From the NCBI RefSeq assembly GCF_001447785.1, contig NW_015164754.1:42749-106748 (forward strand): a stretch of 64,000 bases of DNA. The letters run 5' to 3'. A program made the position numbers and the translations under genes. A model generated the notes under the pieces. The model did no database searches. It had not been told where the DNA came from and saw nothing but the letters and a program-made list of their open reading frames with translations. Below are positions 62,321 to 64,000 of the stretch, piece after piece. The stretch's first letter is position 1; every line of letters begins with the position of its first letter. This DNA comes from Gekko japonicus. Lineage: Eukaryota.

Positions 62321-64000
62321 TACAGATGCTGATTTTTTGGCCCCCAGCGTGCCTGATTACGTATTGCTTTGTACCTTTACATGGTGACTCAGCATGACTT
62401 CTTTGCTGCATCCCTGCCGTCTTCTGACTGGTATATAAAGACTCAGGGATCTTCATTTCCACTTGTTGTCCCGAGGGCGAGCCTCCACAGGGATGGCCGC
62501 CACCGCTCGGGACTCTAATCCAGCCAACCCCTCCAGCCACGACTCTGTCGGCACCTACCGGGCGCTGCAGCCCACCGATCAGACTGGGAACAGACAGGAT
62601 GGCCCTGAAGCAGCTGGACGCTGCCGCCTCTGTCGACCAACAAGCGGCAGGGGATAGTCCACCGGGAGGGGGAAAGGAGACTACACCGGGCCGATGGCTC
62701 GGCACGAGGGCCCGCCCACGGCCCCGTGCAGCACGAGGAAGGGGAGAAGCAGAGCTGATGCAGCCATCGGGTCCAGAGGGGGAGAGCCGGAAGGCAGCCA
62801 CGCCCCAGACCCAGCATCTGGGGATAAAAGGAGGGGGTGGGGCTACAATAGGGGGTGGAGGGCAGAACACAGGGGAGAGTAGGTGGCACGGGACGGGAAT
62901 AAGAGAGGGAACGCAGACAGAAGCTAAGGCACGAGAGGAGATACGGACAAGAGAGATAGAGTTGTCTAAGTGTGCCAAGAGAGAGCAGAGGGTGGTGACG
63001 TAACCTCCTCTCCGCCAGCTTGTCTGTTCCCCCCTTCTCCCCAGGTGGCCGGGTGTGGTGGCGGACAGTGCAGGGCGGCAGGCGACCAGCGACAACGACG
63101 AGGGGTCGTCTGGCTCATGTGACACTTGTATATGAAAGAGGGACCTTTGATTCTTGAAAGAGCATACTCCCAAAATTTTACTTGTCTTTAACGCTACTGG
63201 GTTCAAGTCTTGCTCTATCTCACCTAGAGGATAAGTCAATTTTTTTTTTAAAAAACAAGAGAATAAGTGAATTTCCCCCCAAAAAACCCAACAGCCCAAA
63301 ACCACCCAAGAATTAATTCTACAAAGTTAAATCTTCTGGCAAAAATATATATATTCTAATTTCCCCCCCTTGAACTTGATCTCTGTCTTCATTCCAGATT
63401 GGAGAAATTGTAATATTTTGATTTCAGACTTCTGAAATAAATTGCAAATTTTTCAAGCAAACAGCTAACGTTTCAAGACAATGCCCAAAGGCCTTTGCAA
63501 ACATCTCTTGGAACTGAATACTAACAACAGCCTGATAGCAGTAGAAAAGAGCAAGAGTCCAGTAGCTCCTTAAAGACTGACAAAATATGTGGCAGGTGTT
63601 GAGAAATAGACTCATTTTATGATTTATATCTGCTACACACAACAAATGGATTGTGCACACACTTGTATGCCATGAGCCTAGAGAAAGCTGTTTGAATTAC
63701 CTACTGTGAGACAGAATTCACATAGGAACACTTGCCTGCACTTTATGCTAATGTAGCTTGCACACATTCCGCTCAGAGAGGATCATGGGAAGAAGAAGCA
63801 GATGTTAGCCATTGTTAGCAGAAAACGACAACCCAGAGAAGAAGATCCTCCATTACTGCAAAGACGAGATGCCACGTAGAGCATGGACTTTATCTGCATC
63901 TGTATAGCAGTTTCCTGTTGACGGTACCAAACTGGCCTGGGAAAGCCAAGATTCATTTGTACTACAAAGGAGAGGCAGGAAGAACAGAATTCGCACCTAG

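Noticed and set aside
62226-63305. 359-aa minus-strand ORF
   Set aside because: Non-ATG start, low complexity, GC-driven scarcity of stops, and it overlaps a Penelope fragment.

Overview
Vertebrate genomic DNA with four N gaps. The repeat content (Sauria-type and tRNA/CORE SINEs, BovB, CR1, L1, Penelope, hAT-like MITEs) points to a squamate reptile, probably a gecko. The window is the distal V region of a T-cell receptor alpha locus interleaved with an olfactory-receptor cluster. Order: TRAV-like V segment (+, 23-RSS); OR4E2-like (+); OR4E1-like (-); OR4E1-like (-); complete TRAV-like gene (+: promoter, leader exon, V exon, 23-RSS); OR10D-like (+); OR10G-like (+); then a tandem duplicate of the OR10G unit whose coding exon has been deleted. 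From memory, this matches the mammalian TRAV1/OR4E2/OR4E1/TRAV2 (mouse MOR28 cluster) arrangement in order and strand. Other points of note: the OR4E2-like receptor keeps the H105/C109/N202 copper-thiol triad, homeodomain plus O/E motif pairs sit upstream of the OR genes, a transposon supplies one OR stop codon, and nested inverted repeats lie between the convergent ORs. Orthology calls rest on recalled mammalian sequences, not on a database search.
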